A DNA stretch of 64,000 nt. It comes from a bacterium. Lineage in GTDB: Bacteria; Zhuqueibacterota; Zhuqueibacteria; Residuimicrobiales; Krinioviventaceae. Below the pieces are notes generated by a model. That model ran no database searches, had not been told where the DNA came from, and saw only the letters and a program-made list of their open reading frames with translations. Location of the stretch: positions 5,312,001 through 5,376,000 of the forward strand of contig OY843751.1 in assembly GCA_963693055.1 (NCBI GenBank), given 5' to 3'. How positions within the stretch are numbered: the stretch's first letter is position 1; the number at the start of each line of letters is the position of its first letter. Shown here one piece after another: positions 28,500 to 38,562 of this stretch. The translations under genes were made by a program, and so were the position numbers.

Positions 28500-28515
28500 T
28501 GCAAAGAGTCTGCCA
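28500..28515 (-). promoter_or_regulatory. Putative sigma54 (-24/-12) promoter
   Basis: Minus strand reads TGGCAGACTCTTTGCA, matching TGGCAC-N5-TTGCW with exact GG-N10-GC spacing, about 190 nt upstream of the lipoprotein gene. Confidence 0.6.
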
Positions 28516-28604
28516 TGAATAGGATTCAGGCGATTCATGTGAAATTAATTCATGTTTTTTTTCAATCAATTTAGTATCTTTTAACAACTATTAAGGATGT
28601 TCTC

Positions 28605-29762
28605 GTGAAACAAAAATCAACTTTTCAGACCGGTAATGTAATCATAATCTCTTTCGCGCACATGGTGCACGATGTCTATTCTTCATTTCTGTCACCTATA
28701 CTTCCCCTGTTGATAGATAAGCTGGGCATAAGCTATGGAATGGTGGGGCTCTTGGTTGTTTTCCAACGTATCCCCTCGCTGTTAAATCCAATTGTAGGAA
28801 TTGTTGCTGAGCGCATGTCTTTGCGTTATCTGGTAATCATTGCTCCTGCAATAACTACCATCAGTATGAGTCTGTTGGGTATTGCACCAAACTATTGGGT
28901 GTTGGTATTGCTGCTGCTCATCATGGGGATTGGTTCTACGCTTTTCCACGTACCGGCACCAGTAATGATTCGGCAGGTCTCCGGAAACCAGACCGGTAAA
29001 GGCATGAGCTTTTTTATGCTGGGTGGTGAACTGGCAAGAACTTTGGGTCCCATTACTATTCTGGGCGCCGTGTCATGGTGGGGACTGGAAGGCAGTTACA
29101 AGCTTATTCCCCTGGGTTTGTTTTGCTCTGGCATACTTTATTTCAAATTCAAAAATATCAAGTTCCAAAAACCTTCAGTTGAGAAACAAAACTCTGTCAA
29201 AATCTGGAGCACGCTGCGCCAATATTCCAGCATATTCCTGCTCATTTCCGGTATTACCTTTTTCCGGGGTACCCTGCGAAATGCATTAATCACCTTTCTT
29301 CCAACATTTATGCACGAAGGCGGCAGCAGTCTCTGGATGGCTGGAATTTACCTGTCCATATTCCAATTTGCAGGTGCCGGAGGTACGCTGTTTTCCGGTA
29401 TCATTTCTGACAAGATTGGCCGCAGAGCTACTTTGGTTATAGCAGCTTTAGCTATCCCGGTTTTTATGTTAATATTCATGCAAACCAGCGGTATTTTCCA
29501 AATAGCTACCTTGATTATATTGGGATTTTTTATGTTTGCGTTTGGGCCGGTTCTGCTTGCAATATTCCAGGATTTGGATTCAGAATACCCCGCTTTTGTG
29601 AACAGTATCTATATGACACTAAACTTTATGATCAATTCACTGACTACTTTGATGATTGGTATAATGGGTGACAAGCTTGGTCTGGAACATACCTTTAGAA
29701 TTTCAATTTATTTTTCACTCGGTGTTATTCCCCTGGCATTTCTGCTTAAATTGAAAAAATAA
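28605..29762 (+). CDS. MFS transporter (Fsr/fosmidomycin-resistance-like)
   Basis: 'AHMVHDVY', 'FHVPA', 'GMSFFMLGGEL', MFS motif 'GIISDKIGRR'; about 12 hydrophobic segments. Confidence 0.88.
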   Translation: MKQKSTFQTGNVIIISFAHMVHDVYSSFLSPILPLLIDKLGISYGMVGLLVVFQRIPSLLNPIVGIVAERMSLRYLVIIAPAITTISMSLLGIAPNYWVLVLLLLIMGIGSTLFHVPAPVMIRQVSGNQTGKGMSFFMLGGELARTLGPITILGAVSWWGLEGSYKLIPLGLFCSGILYFKFKNIKFQKPSVEKQNSVKIWSTLRQYSSIFLLISGITFFRGTLRNALITFLPTFMHEGGSSLWMAGIYLSIFQFAGAGGTLFSGIISDKIGRRATLVIAALAIPVFMLIFMQTSGIFQIATLIILGFFMFAFGPVLLAIFQDLDSEYPAFVNSIYMTLNFMINSLTTLMIGIMGDKLGLEHTFRISIYFSLGVIPLAFLLKLKK

Positions 29763-29766
29763 AAAA

Positions 29767-29789
29767 TCCCCCGCCTTTAGGACGGGGGA
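29767..29789. terminator. Terminator hairpin between convergent genes
   Basis: TCCCCCG/CGGGGGA stem preceded by an A-tract, which is a U-tail for the minus-strand transcript. Confidence 0.7.
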
Positions 29790-29796
29790 ACATTAG

Positions 29797-32700
29797 CTAA
29801 AACTCGAATTCTTTATAATTCACTTTATAAAAGCTGGCATAAAGCACGGGCACAACCCCTAATGTTAACAAGGTTGCAAACAACAATCCAAACATAATTG
29901 CCACGGCCATGGGCTCCCACATGGGTCCGCCACCCAGATACAATGGAATTAATCCACCTATCGTAGTAGCAGTTGTAAGTAAAATGGGCCGCATTCTGCG
30001 TTGAGCGGCTTCAACAACAGCCCGCTGTGGTGTTAATCCATTTTCTTCAATCTCTATGCGGATACGGTCAAGCAGCACAATAGCATTGTTAATTACCACT
30101 CCCGCCAAAGAGATTACCCCAAGTAATGTCATAAATCCAAAATAGGAACGGAGTGTCAACAAGCCTATGATAACGCCAATCATTCCCAGGGGGATGGTTA
30201 AAAGAATGATCAGCGGTTTTCGAATTGAATTAAACTGCCCTACCAGCAAAAGAACAATCAACAATCCTGCAATGGGCAATTTGGCATTAATAGAGTTATT
30301 GGCCTCTACTGAACTTTCCATTTCACCGCCCAGTTCATACCGGTAACCCACATCCCAGTTTTGGGATTCCTGTTGCAGCCACTCATTCAACGCCATGGAA
30401 ATCGCAATAGGTGTTGTACCGGACGTCACATCACATTTTACGGTTATCACCTTGAGCAGGTCCCTGCGCAGAATTTTTGACGGCTCCCAGGCAACTTTTA
30501 AATCTGCCACTTGCTTTAATGGTACGCTCTGACCGGTTTGCTGCGAATAGACATTCAACGTTTCAAGTTTGCCCACATCCTGGCGTTCTGCAGCTACCGA
30601 ACGCAGGGTAACGGGAATGATCTTGTCGTCTTCACGAAACTGCGTAATCTCTAATCCAGTCAATGCGGATTGTAATGATAGTGCAATATCCTGATTCGAA
30701 ACGCCCGCGCGTTTTGCTCGTGCCTGATTGATATTCACAATCAATTTTTTAGAGCGTAAACCCAAATCATTGTGAATATTCTTGGTACCCTCCATAGCTT
30801 CCATCTTGCCCATCACAATATCAGAGAGATCATAAAGCTTTTCCAGATCTTTGCCCATCAAGCGTATACTTACAGGTGCATCCGGTGGCGGCCCCATCTC
30901 TAGACGAGAAATCTCGGGGCGCACTTCGGGAAAATTTTCAATACAATACCGCTCGGTTTTGTCAATCAGTGTATCCATGGATACACCACCCGAGGTGGCA
31001 TTTACAATCAGACACGCATACCCCGGATTCGCCTGCTCAGGACTGAATCCTAACAAAAACGCTGGTGGTCCTTCACCAATATAGGTAGACCAGTTAAGAA
31101 TACCTTCTGTTCGTGTTGAATCCGCAACCAGTTCTTTATGAAAATAGTCTTCAATACTGCTCACTATTTCACGTGTTCTCTCAATACGGGTACCTTCCGG
31201 TAATATGATCTGTGCGGTAAAAATGGCCTTGTCATCTTCCGGAAAGAAAATATTGGGCAAAAACCGGAATCCCTGCATAGACACAAAAAACACAACAATA
31301 ACAATGATAATTGTGGCAAAACGGTGTTTTAACATTCTAATCAAAAATCCGCGATAAAACTGATAAAACCGACTGTTAAAGCTTTCCTCTTTTTGTTTTT
31401 GCTTCACTTTTAAAAACAAAACACAAAACAGTGGAATCATGGTTATGGACAAAACCCATGAACACAACAGAGTAATGGTTACTACCTTGAACAGGGGTGC
31501 GGTATATTCTCCCACACCCGATTCCGCCAAAAATATCGGCAAAAATGCTGCCGCAGTGGTCAGAGATGAAATCAACAGCGGCACCCGCAATTCGGAAGCC
31601 GAATCAATTGCGGCATCTTTGACGGATTTGCCTTCACTCATTTGGACCATAATGGATTCAGTCATAACTATGGCATTATCCACCAGCATGCCCAGCGCAA
31701 TGATCAATGAAGCAAGCGACATCTGGTCAAGCCCTATATCGAGAAACCCCATCACCATCAGCGACATAACCATGGCCATGGGAACAAGGGACGCAACAAT
31801 CATCCCCGTGCGCACTCCCAGAAAAACCAGCATCACCAACAGAACAATTGCAACTGCCTGCATCAGGTTATTGATAAAATCCTGGATCTTTTTGTCCACA
31901 TGATAAGGTTGAAATGCCACAAATTCAAACTCAATACCTATAGGGTAAACGGTTTGCAGATATGAGATCTTTTCTTTAACATCATTACCCAGGTTGATAA
32001 TATTGCCACCCTCACGCATGTTAATAGCAAGCGCCAATGCGGGCGTTCCACTGGAACGTACAATCGACTGGGGCGGATCAATATAACCCCGGTAAATATT
32101 CACAATATCACCTAGCTGTAACAATCCGTTTTGCCCGGGTATATTGATCAAAGTTTTTTTCAAATCATCAACCGACTCAAAATTACCAGAGGGTTCAAGA
32201 ACTATTTTTTCCTGCTCTGTTTTTACATCTCCACCAGACATGATAATATTTTGACTCTGAATAATACCAATCATCTGAGACGCGGATAAACCCAGCTCGG
32301 CCAGTCGTGCATTGTTAAATTCAACAAATATTTGCTCTTCCTGAGCACCATGAATTCCAACTTTGGCAACATCTTTTAAAAGCAAAAGTTCATTTCTCAC
32401 ATCATCTGCAATTTCTTTCAATTCCGCATAGGTATAGCCTTCACCGGTAAGCGTTACAATGGTGCCGTAAACATCTCCAAAATCATCATTCACTCGGGGG
32501 CCTATTATGCCAGCGGGTAATTCACCACGACTTTTGGTCCTTTCCACTTTGCGTCGCAGATTATCCCAAATGGGTCGCATCTCTGTATAATTTTCCTTGA
32601 TTGCAACCGTAATTAACGAAATTCCAGTTCTCGACTGGCTGCTGATAAAATCAATTTCCGGGATCTCTTGAATTGCTTTTTCAAGCTTGTCCGTTACCAG

Positions 32701-32883
32701 CATCTCCACGCGTTCAGGACTCGCACCGGGAAAATCAGTCGATACCATTGCCCAGCGAATAACAAACCCCGGATCTTCGGCCCGCGGCATATGATTAAAC
32801 GTTGAGATCCCTGCCAGCAAAACAACAACAAGAAGTATTGCGGTTATACGGTTTTTTTCTATTGCAGCGCGGGTTATATTCAT
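29797..32883 (-). CDS. RND efflux permease (AcrB/AcrD/AcrF family)
   Basis: 'FPGASPERVE', proton-relay motif 'ALGMLVDNAIV', 'GVVINNAIVL', 'RMRPILLTTATT'. Confidence 0.95.
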   Translation of the reverse strand: MNITRAAIEKNRITAILLVVVLLAGISTFNHMPRAEDPGFVIRWAMVSTDFPGASPERVEMLVTDKLEKAIQEIPEIDFISSQSRTGISLITVAIKENYTEMRPIWDNLRRKVERTKSRGELPAGIIGPRVNDDFGDVYGTIVTLTGEGYTYAELKEIADDVRNELLLLKDVAKVGIHGAQEEQIFVEFNNARLAELGLSASQMIGIIQSQNIIMSGGDVKTEQEKIVLEPSGNFESVDDLKKTLINIPGQNGLLQLGDIVNIYRGYIDPPQSIVRSSGTPALALAINMREGGNIINLGNDVKEKISYLQTVYPIGIEFEFVAFQPYHVDKKIQDFINNLMQAVAIVLLVMLVFLGVRTGMIVASLVPMAMVMSLMVMGFLDIGLDQMSLASLIIALGMLVDNAIVMTESIMVQMSEGKSVKDAAIDSASELRVPLLISSLTTAAAFLPIFLAESGVGEYTAPLFKVVTITLLCSWVLSITMIPLFCVLFLKVKQKQKEESFNSRFYQFYRGFLIRMLKHRFATIIIVIVVFFVSMQGFRFLPNIFFPEDDKAIFTAQIILPEGTRIERTREIVSSIEDYFHKELVADSTRTEGILNWSTYIGEGPPAFLLGFSPEQANPGYACLIVNATSGGVSMDTLIDKTERYCIENFPEVRPEISRLEMGPPPDAPVSIRLMGKDLEKLYDLSDIVMGKMEAMEGTKNIHNDLGLRSKKLIVNINQARAKRAGVSNQDIALSLQSALTGLEITQFREDDKIIPVTLRSVAAERQDVGKLETLNVYSQQTGQSVPLKQVADLKVAWEPSKILRRDLLKVITVKCDVTSGTTPIAISMALNEWLQQESQNWDVGYRYELGGEMESSVEANNSINAKLPIAGLLIVLLLVGQFNSIRKPLIILLTIPLGMIGVIIGLLTLRSYFGFMTLLGVISLAGVVINNAIVLLDRIRIEIEENGLTPQRAVVEAAQRRMRPILLTTATTIGGLIPLYLGGGPMWEPMAVAIMFGLLFATLLTLGVVPVLYASFYKVNYKEFEF

Positions 32884-32907
32884 AAAATCAATCTCCTCAT
32901 TCTGCCA

Positions 32908-33993
32908 TTACATTCTTACTTTTAAACCGTCATGAATTCGGCTGACACCCGCTATTACGAGATTTTCACCATCACCCAATCCTTCATATACTTCAATACC
33001 TTCATCTGTCAGATCACCAACGGTTACATTACGGCGCTTCACAGTCCCAAAGCCATCTTTACCAGCAATAGGTTCTACAATATAAACAAAGCGACCAAAA
33101 CGGTCTTCTACCACTGCATGAGTAGGTACAATACAGACATCTTTATCACTCGTCGCATGAAACATGATCTCAACAGTTGCAGCCATTCCTGAACGAACGT
33201 CATTGTCTGTTTTACTCAATCGAACAGTCACCGGAAATGTCGCGCCCGCATCTACTGCTGAAACACCCACTTCGGTAATACTGGCCTCATAATTTTTTCC
33301 AGGTATCGCATCAAAAGAGACCTTGACAGGATCGCCTTCTTTGATTTTAGAAATCAATACCTCGGGTACTGACAGTTTTACTTCAATATCAGAACCCGAA
33401 CTCAACATAACAATGGGATAACCAGCCTGCACATTTTCGTTCACTTCAGAATTTACAGATGCAATTGCACCGCTTACGGGTGCTGTCAAGCGGGTATAGC
33501 TCAACTGCAATCGGGCAAGCTCCAGCTGTTTTTCTGCTGCTTTTACTCCGGCATTTGCAGATTCATTCGCGGCTCTTGCACCATCCAGATCACTGCGCGA
33601 GGCATTATTATTCTCGTACAGCGCCCGTACCCGTTCATAGCCGGCATTGGCGTTTCTTGCCTGTGCCTCTGCCTGCGCTACGGCCGCTTCTGCCTGCTGT
33701 ACCTGTAATTCATAATCACTGGGATCCAATTCAGATATCAATTCACCCCTGTTCACTGTGTCACCAACATTCACCGCAACACGTTTAACCGTTCCGGATA
33801 CTTTGAAACTGAGCAAAGATTCAACACCCGATTGCGCAACACCGGTAAATGATCTAACCCTGTCTCCACCGGATTTAAAAACCTGTGTATACCTTACCGG
33901 ACGAATCAGTTCCGCTTCCGGTTCCGGCTTTTCACAGCCATTTATAATCAATACTGTTAAAAGCAATCCTGTAAACATTTGTTTTACAGTCAT
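32908..33993 (-). CDS. RND periplasmic adaptor (membrane fusion protein), lipoprotein
   Basis: Lipobox IING-C; 'LSFKVSGTV..V.VNVGD.V..G', coiled-coil hairpin, 'LTAPVSG'. GGAGGAG RBS before ATG 33993. Confidence 0.92.
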   Translation of the reverse strand: MTVKQMFTGLLLTVLIINGCEKPEPEAELIRPVRYTQVFKSGGDRVRSFTGVAQSGVESLLSFKVSGTVKRVAVNVGDTVNRGELISELDPSDYELQVQQAEAAVAQAEAQARNANAGYERVRALYENNNASRSDLDGARAANESANAGVKAAEKQLELARLQLSYTRLTAPVSGAIASVNSEVNENVQAGYPIVMLSSGSDIEVKLSVPEVLISKIKEGDPVKVSFDAIPGKNYEASITEVGVSAVDAGATFPVTVRLSKTDNDVRSGMAATVEIMFHATSDKDVCIVPTHAVVEDRFGRFVYIVEPIAGKDGFGTVKRRNVTVGDLTDEGIEVYEGLGDGENLVIAGVSRIHDGLKVRM

Positions 33994-34012
33994 TTCTCCT
34001 CCACACAATTTA

Positions 34013-36424
34013 TCAGTTAAAATAAAATCCATTTTTCATAAAATATTTATTGGCTTTTTTGATCAGTTCATCACGTTCCTTTGTATCCATAAGAAAATAA
34101 AAATTCCCAAAAGAACGTTCAGTCTCCATCAGCTTTATAAAAAAGTCATATACCGCAGTAGATGCAGCCTGGTCGGTTACCAGTGCAGCGTTTTGAGCAT
34201 CCAGCAATTCTACAATAGAAACCAGCCCCTGAGAATATGAATCCTGCACAACATTCAAAGATTTTCGGGCAGCTTCTGCCGCTAAACCAGCCTGTTTGAT
34301 AGAAGCATAAGACGCACCCAGTAAATGCAATGACGATCTTGTTCGCTGTTCAATTTTCTCCGCTGCTGCGTCACGTTGCAATCTGAGCTGATGCAGTTCT
34401 TCCCAGGTTTGTTTACGTTCAGCAAACCTTGCACCTCCGGAAAACAGCGGCAATGAAGCATTCAACGCCACACTCCATTGAGTATCCTGAGGCTCTGCAA
34501 GAGAAATGGAAAAATCTCTTCCCAATAATGCAGACAGATCTATAGATCCGTCCGTACCTTCTCCACTGCGATCAAACACATTGTCATATTCTGCCTGCAC
34601 AGCCACAGTCGGTAAAAAGAACTTGTTCATATTTGATTTTAACAGACGCTCATTTGCAGCTATTGCCGCATCCAGCATGGCAATTTCAGGAGAATTTAAA
34701 AGTGCTTCTTCTGCCATAAAACTCCTAAAAATCCGAAAAGCCTGCTTGTTTTCAATGTATTTCCCCAACTCTTCATGGGATGATACCAAAACCGGATCAT
34801 TAATATCTACTTCCAGAGTTCCGAACCCATCTTCAGCGGGTCGATGCAGTATCCGGTTCAGTTCAATCTCGGCAAGATTTCGCTGCGCGTTTGCCGAAAT
34901 TACCGCATTCCGGTTTGATGCAATCTGGCTTTCCCAGCGATAAACCTCTGCGGGGCCCGCGCTTCCTACCATTTCACGTACCCGCGCAAGTTCTAAATTC
35001 CGTCGGGTAAGCTTCAGGTTTTCCTGCTGTATCCGTTCATATGCTTTGGCCTGTAATACATTCAGATACGCGGTTGCCGAACCCTGTACAATATCCAGTT
35101 TAAATTGTTCATATTCCTTTTCACGGGACTTTTGTAAATCTTTTTGAATACTCAAATTGGCCCACGCAGGTTCAGAAAACAAAACCTGGGTAGCGGTAAC
35201 CGAACCGGTTATGGTCCGTTCTGCCTGTTGTCCCATACTATTTTTTGCCCGGTCTTTATCTATCTGCAATCCTGTTGCAGATACATCAATCTGCGGTAGT
35301 AAATTGGCACGTGCAAGGCTTATATTTTCTTTTCCCGCGGTTACATAACGTTCTTTTGCAAGCAGGTCTAAATTCACATCCAGCGCCTCTTGCACGGTTT
35401 TCAATAGGTTTAATACTCGTTCTTCTTTGTCTTCTTCAGTTTTGATAATCTGTGCTTCGGTCATAATCGCCCATGATGGATAAATATCTATGGCATTACC
35501 GGTAGTCATGTTGAATGTGAGCTGCTGATCAAAGGATATTGCAACAGGTATATTTTCCGGTTTATCTCCCAGGATAATCCGCTGCACATTTAACGCAATA
35601 CGACGAGACAACCGGATTACAATATCATCCTTATTCAAACCCACCAGACACCCCTGCCTTACCCTGACAGAGCCTTCATATGAAAATGACGGTAACCTGC
35701 GCTTTATTAATTCACTGGTCAATATTTCATATTCATTATCCGGTAATTGAGCAAGTGGCAGTACGTATACCGCTTGCGTGTATGGTGATAAAGCAGAAAT
35801 CTTTTTACCAACCGTTTTCCCAATACCAACAAACCTGGCTTCAATACCATGTTTTGTAAAAATATCTCTGGCATCTTCCAACTCTGCAGGATACATGTCA
35901 ATAAAACTCTGATTTATTAATATTGCAAGGTAATTGAAAGGAATTATTTCCTGAAAAATTTTGATATCTCTTTCAAAAGTAGAAGGGGCGTTGATATAAT
36001 TCAGATTTTTTACACCACTCGATCCGGTTTCAAAAGGGAGTTCCTGAAATCCGGAATCCATAATCAAAGGAGCAATAACAGGTTTGGGTAAAGGACCTAA
36101 ATGGCAAACATATTGAGAAGAGATAAATCCCAGTGCTATAATTATATCGACCGAATCGTCAGCAAATAGTGCATTCAGAGCTTTATCAATACTGTCCAGG
36201 TTCCATTCCGCCGTCAGTGTAGCGGTGGATGGATACCTGATTGCAAATTCTCCTCGTGTTAAATCACCTATTTCCTGCTTAATTCCGGAAAGCAAATCCA
36301 TCTGACCGCTCCAGGGCCCATCAAATACGATTCCGATGTTTACATCTCTGGCATAAACCGGACCCCACATAACAACAATGGAAGCACAAATCATTGTTAT
36401 GATCCGTAAACGGTGTAGAAACAT
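34013..36424 (-). CDS. TolC-family outer-membrane factor with N-terminal ABC-substrate-binding-like domain
   Basis: The C-terminal ~460 aa has OEP motifs ('LARANLLPQIDVS', 'AYLNVLQA', 'SLPLFSGG', 'YSQGLVSIVELLDAQ'). The N-terminal ~330 aa has an alpha/beta periplasmic-binding pattern ('VDIIIALG', 'AVYVLP', 'LPSFS', 'LTFNMTTG'). AAGGAG RBS before ATG 36424. Confidence 0.8.
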   Translation of the reverse strand: MFLHRLRIITMICASIVVMWGPVYARDVNIGIVFDGPWSGQMDLLSGIKQEIGDLTRGEFAIRYPSTATLTAEWNLDSIDKALNALFADDSVDIIIALGFISSQYVCHLGPLPKPVIAPLIMDSGFQELPFETGSSGVKNLNYINAPSTFERDIKIFQEIIPFNYLAILINQSFIDMYPAELEDARDIFTKHGIEARFVGIGKTVGKKISALSPYTQAVYVLPLAQLPDNEYEILTSELIKRRLPSFSYEGSVRVRQGCLVGLNKDDIVIRLSRRIALNVQRIILGDKPENIPVAISFDQQLTFNMTTGNAIDIYPSWAIMTEAQIIKTEEDKEERVLNLLKTVQEALDVNLDLLAKERYVTAGKENISLARANLLPQIDVSATGLQIDKDRAKNSMGQQAERTITGSVTATQVLFSEPAWANLSIQKDLQKSREKEYEQFKLDIVQGSATAYLNVLQAKAYERIQQENLKLTRRNLELARVREMVGSAGPAEVYRWESQIASNRNAVISANAQRNLAEIELNRILHRPAEDGFGTLEVDINDPVLVSSHEELGKYIENKQAFRIFRSFMAEEALLNSPEIAMLDAAIAANERLLKSNMNKFFLPTVAVQAEYDNVFDRSGEGTDGSIDLSALLGRDFSISLAEPQDTQWSVALNASLPLFSGGARFAERKQTWEELHQLRLQRDAAAEKIEQRTRSSLHLLGASYASIKQAGLAAEAARKSLNVVQDSYSQGLVSIVELLDAQNAALVTDQAASTAVYDFFIKLMETERSFGNFYFLMDTKERDELIKKANKYFMKNGFYFN

Positions 36425-36716
36425 TTCAAGCTCCTTCCCTTTATTATAAATATCGAATGGAATGAAAAAAAGATATGTATGTTTTATAAACGGGTTCATT
36501 ATAAGGAATATTTCACCATAATTACATATTTTTACAATTAATCAGTTACAAACATACGTAGTGAACGCCCCTGTGTTACAAAAATTATCATTTTTAACAT
36601 ACAATTAATATTAAATTGTTGGTAACAATTTAGGATTAATTTACATGGTAAAGCTGTTGGTTTTTTAATGGAATTTCATTAAATTTAAACCATTAATTTA
36701 CATTTACATAACAGGT

Positions 36717-38108
36717 ATGAATACAATAGAGCTGAAAAACCCAATATTTAAGACCATACAAAAAGTATCTCTGGAAACCGGAATTAAGGTATATGTTGTA
36801 GGCGGTTTTGTCAGAGATTATTTTCTGAATATAGAATCCAAAGATATCGATTTTGTAGTAGAAGGTGACGGACCCCGTTTTGCCGAGCAAATGGCAAAAG
36901 CGCTGAGAACAACCGATTTTACCATCTATAAAAAATTCGGCACCGCAATGGTTAGACATCATGATCTTATTCTTGAATTTGTAGGTGCCCGCAAAGAAAG
37001 CTATCGTGATGATTCACGCAAGCCTAACGTGGAAAGCACAGACCTGCTGACAGACTTGTCCCGCAGGGATTTTACTGTCAATGCAATTGCTGTCTCTTTA
37101 AACCCCGATTCATTTGGAACCGTCATCGATCCATACGATGGGCAAAAAGACATTCAAGACAAATGCATTCGAACACCGCTTGAACCCGCTAAAACCTTTT
37201 ATGACGACCCGCTACGTATTATGCGAGCAGTCCGGTTTGCCACACAACTGGATTTTGATATAGATCCGCATACCTTTAAAGGATTGAAAAACGAGCACGA
37301 ACGGTTAAAAATCATCTCCCAGGAACGTATAACAGACGAATTGCTCAAAATTATGGCCTGTTGTAAACCCTCAATTGGGTTTCATTTGATGGACAAAACC
37401 GGTATTCTCAATGTAATACTGCCCGAAATATCGGAATTAAAAGGTGTAGATCAAATCGGCAAGCACAGCCATAAAGACGTTTTTAATCATTCATTAAAAG
37501 TAATAGACAATCTGGCAGAAATTACAGATGACATGGGTCTTCGGCTGGTGGGATTGTTTCACGACATTGCAAAACCCGCAACAAAACATTATAAAGCCGG
37601 GATTGGCTGGACCTTTCACGGACATGACGATCTGGGCGCCAGAATGCTGCCCCCTATTTTCAGCCGGCTCAAGCTGTCTAATGATCTTTTAAAATATGTG
37701 GAAAAGCTGACACGGTTGCACCTGCGCCCCATTCAATTGGCAGAAGAAGGGGTTACCGATTCTGCTATCCGCAGATTGATCTTTGAAGCGGGTGAAGAGA
37801 CCGACGATCTCATTACTTTTTGCCGGGCGGATATAACCTCATCCAACCCCAAACGGGTGGCCAAATATCTGAAAAATTTTGATAAAGTTGTAGAACGTGT
37901 AGAAGAAGTTGAAGAAAAAGACAGGTTGCGTCAATTCCAGCCACCAGTCAAAGGTGATGAAATAATGACAACTTTGGGATTAACTCCAGGGCCTGCTGTT
38001 GGTAAGGTTAAAAAAGCAATTGAAGAAGCCATACTCAATGGCGATATACCCAACGAACACGATGCTGCATTTGAGTACATGATGAAAATCAAAAACAGCC
38101 TGCTTTGA
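36717..38108 (+). CDS. cca: CCA tRNA nucleotidyltransferase / poly(A) polymerase family protein with HD domain
   Basis: 'YVVGGFVRD', 'KDIDF', 'DLSRRDFTVNA', 'DDPLRIMRAVRF', 'SQERI', HD motif 'LFHDIAK'. Confidence 0.88.
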   Translation: MNTIELKNPIFKTIQKVSLETGIKVYVVGGFVRDYFLNIESKDIDFVVEGDGPRFAEQMAKALRTTDFTIYKKFGTAMVRHHDLILEFVGARKESYRDDSRKPNVESTDLLTDLSRRDFTVNAIAVSLNPDSFGTVIDPYDGQKDIQDKCIRTPLEPAKTFYDDPLRIMRAVRFATQLDFDIDPHTFKGLKNEHERLKIISQERITDELLKIMACCKPSIGFHLMDKTGILNVILPEISELKGVDQIGKHSHKDVFNHSLKVIDNLAEITDDMGLRLVGLFHDIAKPATKHYKAGIGWTFHGHDDLGARMLPPIFSRLKLSNDLLKYVEKLTRLHLRPIQLAEEGVTDSAIRRLIFEAGEETDDLITFCRADITSSNPKRVAKYLKNFDKVVERVEEVEEKDRLRQFQPPVKGDEIMTTLGLTPGPAVGKVKKAIEEAILNGDIPNEHDAAFEYMMKIKNSLL

Positions 38109-38450
38109 TCATTCCAGATATTTTTCAACCTGTTTTAAAATCTTTTTGGCCTCATCAGAATCAATCTGCTTGTCTTTTGCGCATTCTCTATAGATCATAA
38201 TAATGCCCTGGATCTTTTCGGGTTGAAAATCCCCTGATTGGACTTTGGCAATTGCTTTTTCAAAAACCAGGTGCACTTGTTCTTTATCAATGTCCGCTGG
38301 TAAATTGGGAGTAATTTGAGTTTCCACTTCTGTGAACATTTTATTCAATCCTTTGCTCACAATCTTGTCTTTATTGAAAGTAATTAATATAGCCATTGCT
38401 CCAATTACCACCAGAAAAACAATCAATACTGCTAAAATCACTCTTTTCAT
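38109..38450 (-). CDS. Small membrane-anchored hypothetical protein
   Basis: AGGAG RBS, one N-terminal hydrophobic helix, helical remainder. Confidence 0.7.
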   Translation of the reverse strand: MKRVILAVLIVFLVVIGAMAILITFNKDKIVSKGLNKMFTEVETQITPNLPADIDKEQVHLVFEKAIAKVQSGDFQPEKIQGIIMIYRECAKDKQIDSDEAKKILKQVEKYLE

Positions 38451-38562
38451 TAAACACTCCTGTTAATTTTGTTCAATAATAACACACTAGAATTTTATAT
38501 ATTCACATTATTGAATAAAAAAACAATTCGCATCAAAAGACTCCAGACATTAATTAAAAACC

